From: Escherichia phage vB_EcoP_IMEP8
Reading direction: 5' to 3' (one strand)
DNA: 64,000 nt
Sequence record: NC_070993.1
Both the position numbers and the translations under genes were made by a program. Positions 59,957-64,000 of this stretch are shown here, piece by piece. Every line of letters begins with the position of its first letter. Position 1 is the first letter of the stretch. The notes beneath the pieces are model-generated. The model saw only the letters and a list, made by a program, of their open reading frames with translations. It made no database searches and was not told the DNA's origin.

Positions 59957-61153
59957 TTATTTTCCTAAAAATAATCCGCTCATAACACCATCCCACTCAG
60001 AGGAAGGAATCACTGAATACTCCGAACTTTGGTCCAGAGTCCCACTACTAAATCGCTGAACAATGTTGTAGATATTGAACAGGTCTTTAGCCTCGGCACG
60101 AATGCCGTAGATTAGCCTGTTAGCTGTTTTCTCATTTTTAGACACGCGACGGGTAAAGTTAACCAAAAGGTTGTCACCTTTAAGTATCTCTGACCCATCT
60201 TTTACTAGATCGGGGTGCATCACTGGCAAGAACATTGAGTTGTTAACTCGCAATTCTGCTGTTTCATCATTCTCATAATGAATCCACTTAAAGTCTTCAT
60301 CACGGAAGTGACCACATCCATCTCTGTACGACTGCTGACGCCAAGGCACTTGAAATGCTTCAGCATATTTATCAGCCATGCCGACTGTAAACAGCGACGC
60401 TGGGAAGATACAAGCATCCCAATCGTTACCAACCAGAGTTGCTTTCGTTTCCCCCAAGAGATTGGTGTAAGTACTAACCATTCGGGAATAAACGTAAGCC
60501 TGAAGGATTGTCCACCCCTCAACCAACCATTTATGAAGGAAGATTTCAACCTGACTCTCTTCATCTTCGCAATAGAAGGTTCGATCTAACATCAAATAGA
60601 ACAGACAACGATCAGCAGGAACATTCTCAGTTGCTACACCCATAAAACCTTTTTCGTGCCAGCGTAAACAGGAGGGACGATCTTTGTCCACAAATGCTTC
60701 CATAGCTTCCAGTACAGCACGAGGTGTGGTTCGATGCTCAGGGTTTTTGTCGTTCCAACGTTCGATGTTATTTTTAAGCTCGCCTTCGTAATCAATAGCA
60801 CCCCAACCTAAAGCTGCGGATACAGGTTTTTCATCACGCCAACGTCTAAAACCTAACATCTTCATGTGAGTTCCGGAGTTCCAGATATGCTTGATTTTAC
60901 ACATATCCATCTCTCGGCTTAACAGGAACTCTTCCCCATCAGCACTACGAACGTTAGCTTCTTCATGCCACACTCGAACGTGCATATTCCACCCATGAGT
61001 TGCCTCATACATGTTCGGGTCGAAGTAGTCATCATATTCGTCATCGTCTTCATCAACGCCACCGTTATAGTTGCGAAGCTGAAGGAACCCATAACAAGGA
61101 GGGTGGACCGTTAAAACATTACCTTCAGTATCTTCTAATGTTACTGGAAACAT
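59957..61153 (-). CDS. hypothetical protein of the amidoligase module (398 aa)
   Basis: ORF from track; acidic N-terminal segment, several conserved-looking Cys/His/Asp. Confidence 0.5.
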   Translation of the reverse strand: MFPVTLEDTEGNVLTVHPPCYGFLQLRNYNGGVDEDDDEYDDYFDPNMYEATHGWNMHVRVWHEEANVRSADGEEFLLSREMDMCKIKHIWNSGTHMKMLGFRRWRDEKPVSAALGWGAIDYEGELKNNIERWNDKNPEHRTTPRAVLEAMEAFVDKDRPSCLRWHEKGFMGVATENVPADRCLFYLMLDRTFYCEDEESQVEIFLHKWLVEGWTILQAYVYSRMVSTYTNLLGETKATLVGNDWDACIFPASLFTVGMADKYAEAFQVPWRQQSYRDGCGHFRDEDFKWIHYENDETAELRVNNSMFLPVMHPDLVKDGSEILKGDNLLVNFTRRVSKNEKTANRLIYGIRAEAKDLFNIYNIVQRFSSGTLDQSSEYSVIPSSEWDGVMSGLFLGK

Positions 61154-61164
61154 TATACCAACCT

Positions 61165-61527
61165 CTATTGGTTTTTAATCAACTCAATCGACTTACGGAT
61201 ATAAAGAATATCTCGGAAGTTTCGGTAGTTGTTCATAAATTGGTGCTTCTGGAAAGTAGCTTCTTCCAGAGCTTTCTTTGCTTCTGCGTAGTTTTTACGG
61301 GCAAGATGTACAACCCGCTCTGGTAACACATTTGCACGACGGATGAGATACTTGTGAGCTTTCATGTTGCTTTGCTCACGAGAAATCTTACCTTTAGCAA
61401 CTTTGATACCATTTGCAATCCAAGCAAGTTCTTGCTCAAGCTCATCGTTGGACATTCCACCGAGATTTGATGCAACCTTGTTCAGAGTTTCAATATTAAC
61501 GTTGCCCTTGATGGGACGTGTATTCAT
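61165..61527 (-). CDS. hypothetical helical protein (120 aa)
   Basis: ORF from track; RBS overlaps the stop of an upstream 50-aa ORF. Confidence 0.45.
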   Translation of the reverse strand: MNTRPIKGNVNIETLNKVASNLGGMSNDELEQELAWIANGIKVAKGKISREQSNMKAHKYLIRRANVLPERVVHLARKNYAEAKKALEEATFQKHQFMNNYRNFRDILYIRKSIELIKNQ

Positions 61528-61529
61528 AC

Positions 61530-61682
61530 TTACTCCTGTTGTTTACACTCGTCAATAACCCACTGATAAGTGGATTGCCCAGAAAAGAAACACTGAATAA
61601 ATCCAGATGTTCTCTGCGTTACCAGTGCTAGTGCACAAATCACTACCGCCGCTGCTAGCAGTTTTAAATCTAATTTAGACAT
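61530..61682 (-). CDS. small signal-peptide/TM protein (50 aa), not in ORF track
   Basis: Hand translation MSKLDLKLLAAAVVICALALVTQRTSGFIQCFFSGQSTYQWVIDECKQQE; RBS GAGG 5 nt upstream. Confidence 0.4.
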   Translation of the reverse strand: MSKLDLKLLAAAVVICALALVTQRTSGFIQCFFSGQSTYQWVIDECKQQE

Positions 61683-61911
61683 ATTTCCTCTCATTGAATT
61701 TAAAAAAAGACTCTCCGAAAAGAGCCAAGCTTTAAATCCAAAAAAAAGATATTACCCAATATCTGTGGATAACCTGCTCTTAAAATATCTATCCGACGGA
61801 TGTTTGAGGAACACTCCTCGCCCTAGCATCGGCCCCATACGGGAAATATATTAAGATTAGGTTAGTTGAGTTAGAATAACTCACATAGCCCTCCGAAGAA
61901 GGCTATAGGTG

Positions 61912-62379
61912 TCACTCTACCTTAACTGAAGGACAGTATTTCTCTTTCTTGCTGCGATACATCACAACAATCCAATTTGAATCACGACGCTCCTTCTTGA
62001 GCCGCTTCTTCTCAGCACGGAGTTCATATGTACTGTTTCGCCTGTCTCGGAGTTTGTCACGCGCCTTAGTTAAAAGCCACGTTGTACCAATCACGAAACC
62101 TACTAGACTTCCAGCAGCACCTAAACCAACCATGGGAGCAGCAAACCAAGTCCACCATACAAACGTACCTGCCGTATCGTGCCCCATTAGTGAGCCTCCG
62201 ATAAGACATAACGCTACATATAACATAGCAGAGAGCGCTATCAGTACGGCAAAGTTTTGAACTGTTCGCCAGAAGTATTCACAGAAGTTGGTCATGTTGT
62301 CCCAATGATAATAGGGTAGGCTTGACATGGCTTTGTTGAATTTGTGCAACCAGCCGTTCTTGTTAATCTTGATCATCAC
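61912..62379 (-). CDS. membrane protein with basic C-terminal tail (155 aa)
   Basis: At least two predicted TM helices then KR-rich tail. Could be a holin-like or superinfection-exclusion protein; not established. Confidence 0.45.
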   Translation of the reverse strand: MMIKINKNGWLHKFNKAMSSLPYYHWDNMTNFCEYFWRTVQNFAVLIALSAMLYVALCLIGGSLMGHDTAGTFVWWTWFAAPMVGLGAAGSLVGFVIGTTWLLTKARDKLRDRRNSTYELRAEKKRLKKERRDSNWIVVMYRSKKEKYCPSVKVE

Positions 62380-62609
62380 TCACCTTTCTTGGCACGATCT
62401 TTGGCAGTTTTACCAGTGCGGATGCGATGGGAAACGTTAACCAGAGTGCCACCATCAACTACGGTAACGCTCTTATTTTTAGCCAGATCGAACACAGTCT
62501 TCTCTGTGCCACCCAAGCGAATTTGCTTAGGTTCACTGAAGGTTTGGGTTGATTTGGATTGGAACTGGAACGGTTGACGGATTGCATCGATTGCGCTTAC
62601 TTTAGACAT
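62376..62609 (-). CDS. hypothetical small basic protein (77 aa)
   Basis: ORF from track; 4-nt overlap with the downstream membrane-protein gene. Confidence 0.4.
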   Translation of the reverse strand: MSKVSAIDAIRQPFQFQSKSTQTFSEPKQIRLGGTEKTVFDLAKNKSVTVVDGGTLVNVSHRIRTGKTAKDRAKKGE

Positions 62610-62840
62610 AGGGGAAATTCCTTAAAAAGTTATGGCTGCGTAGAGGGAATTCCCTACGCAAATTGGGCCGCCCACAGAGAGGCGTCATAGTACTAAAAGG
62701 AGGAGAGAAGAGGGCTTATTTAGCTACCTTTTTCTGTCCGTTTACGAACCAGATAATTGAACCATCAGGCTGTCGTTGACCGAAGCCTTTCTGATTAATC
62801 ATATCGTCATAAGAATATGCTTTACGTCTCATTTATTTTC

Positions 62841-63083
62841 CTATGGAGTTAAGATAATTTCAGCCTTACTAAACTTCTCACCAACTTCAAGAGTATCAGC
62901 AACAGGACGGGGCACACCTGTACCCAAACAAACAGCCCTTCGATACCCTCCAGTCACAGGCATCATCAAATAGATGATCTGATTATCATCTTCTTTTAAA
63001 GTGAAGATATCAGAGATCGATAGATCTTTAACAAAGAGTTTCTTTTCTTCTTCATGATGAACTTTGATATGTATTGTGCTCAT
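62841..63083 (-). CDS. small protein, tandem paralog array member 4 (80 aa)
   Basis: Shares L..L..G..F / V.PV pattern with three upstream ORFs. Confidence 0.45.
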   Translation of the reverse strand: MSTIHIKVHHEEEKKLFVKDLSISDIFTLKEDDNQIIYLMMPVTGGYRRAVCLGTGVPRPVADTLEVGEKFSKAEIILTP

Positions 63084-63085
63084 AC

Positions 63086-63331
63086 CTACTCCTGAACCAC
63101 TGACATACGAATCATTTCTACCTGATCATCAAGACCTTTAACAGATAATACACCTGTGAAAAGGTTTACCACAGGAACCCAACCACTGGCTATACGGATG
63201 TTACCAGAAGCATTTTCAACCCTCATGTAATACTGAGGAGAGGCGCTTCCGTTCTGAACCATAAAAGGGTTTCCGGGAATGATTGTTTCCAATCGTACCG
63301 TATTATCCTTTTTCTTTGGGATGATTTTCAT
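63086..63331 (-). CDS. small protein, tandem paralog array member 3 (81 aa)
   Basis: Same family pattern (VRLETIIPGNPFMV...VPVVNLF). Confidence 0.45.
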   Translation of the reverse strand: MKIIPKKKDNTVRLETIIPGNPFMVQNGSASPQYYMRVENASGNIRIASGWVPVVNLFTGVLSVKGLDDQVEMIRMSVVQE

Positions 63332-63570
63332 TAGACATTACTCACTAAAAGTTCGGCTGATACAGGGACAACTTGGCACGTAGAATCTGGTGCTGTTACA
63401 AGTCCGTCATGTAGACGAAGGGCTAGAGTACGTCCACTATTTACGGATACATTGGGTGTGCCGTGAACAAAACCTTTAACATAAAGTGTATCACTATCTG
63501 GATGCTTAAACACGGCCCCATTTTCTAAGGACTCAAGTGGGACACGATCCACTCTCTTTGTAATTTTCAT
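63331..63570 (-). CDS. small protein, tandem paralog array member 2 (79 aa)
   Basis: Same family pattern (VPLESLENGAVFKH...LRLHDG...VVPVSAELLV). Confidence 0.45.
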   Translation of the reverse strand: MKITKRVDRVPLESLENGAVFKHPDSDTLYVKGFVHGTPNVSVNSGRTLALRLHDGLVTAPDSTCQVVPVSAELLVSNV

Positions 63571-63821
63571 TTAGAACCCTTAATAACGTTGGCTTCGACT
63601 TTAACAGGGATAACAGTAATACCATCAACCGGACCACTCAGATTACCATCTTCCAGCCTGACACACACGACTCGATCTCGTGCAACTTCTACCCAATTAG
63701 TAGATGCCGCAGTACAAACCATATGGATTGGACCATTCTCTTCCAGCCGGAAGGTATCGCCCTTCTTCAGAGTGCGGAGCTTTGCTGTCTTGATGGTTTT
63801 GTTCAACTCGTTAACTTTCAT
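63567..63821 (-). CDS. small protein, tandem paralog array member 1 (84 aa)
   Basis: Same family pattern (AKLRTLKKGDTFRL...VRLEDG...VIPVKVEANV). Confidence 0.45.
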   Translation of the reverse strand: MKVNELNKTIKTAKLRTLKKGDTFRLEENGPIHMVCTAASTNWVEVARDRVVCVRLEDGNLSGPVDGITVIPVKVEANVIKGSK

Positions 63822-64000
63822 ATTGATTCCTATTTAAGTTTGAGGCTAATATTCAGGTGCATACATGCCCTGTTCTGTACAGCAGCATAACTTCTACCGA
63901 GCATGTCAGCCATTCTCTGAATAGACATGAACCCAGCATTACGGATAAGGAACTGGTCTTCTTCTTTAGACCACTTAACTCGGATTACAGCTCTAGAGAT

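Overview
This window reads as a contiguous piece of a lytic tailed dsDNA phage genome (podovirus-like) organised as two convergent arms that meet at a bidirectional hairpin near 30.5 kb. The plus-strand arm (1-30.5 kb) carries packaging, head, tail and internal virion genes: small and large terminase, portal, scaffold, major capsid protein, two tail fibres with C-terminal S74 chaperone domains, a GH24 lysozyme, an SLT transglycosylase and a 1.47 k-aa internal protein. The minus-strand arm (30.5-64 kb) carries replication and nucleotide-metabolism genes (family-A DNA polymerase, a separate 3'-5' exonuclease, T7 gp4-like primase-helicase, SSB-like protein, FEN-like nuclease, ThyX, dCTP deaminase-like, PhoH, thioredoxin, Dps-like ferritin, tRNA-nucleotidyltransferase-like enzyme), a phage ECF-like sigma factor, an overlapping spanin pair, two HNH endonucleases and many small ORFs in tandem paralog arrays. 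The sigma factor and a recurring TAATGTATA motif about 35-40 nt upstream of several genes suggest a phiEco32-like phage, but this rests on recall, not a search. The most notable element is a roughly 9.6 kb co-directional block (51572-61153, minus strand) encoding an amidoligase-like protein, a class-II (Ntn, Cys-1) glutamine-amidotransferase-like protein, an ATP-grasp ligase, a GGCT/AIG2-like cyclotransferase and four unknown proteins; it is predicted to build and trim an amide-linked modification on an unknown substrate. Other notable points are a candidate -1 frameshift site (GGGAAAG) that would fuse the capsid protein to an Ig-like domain, a GATase gene with no canonical start codon, and a 415 bp non-coding region with divergent promoter-like motifs beside the SSB gene. 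No integrase, repressor, tRNA or CRISPR array was seen. All functional calls come from motif recognition by eye; no database search was run.
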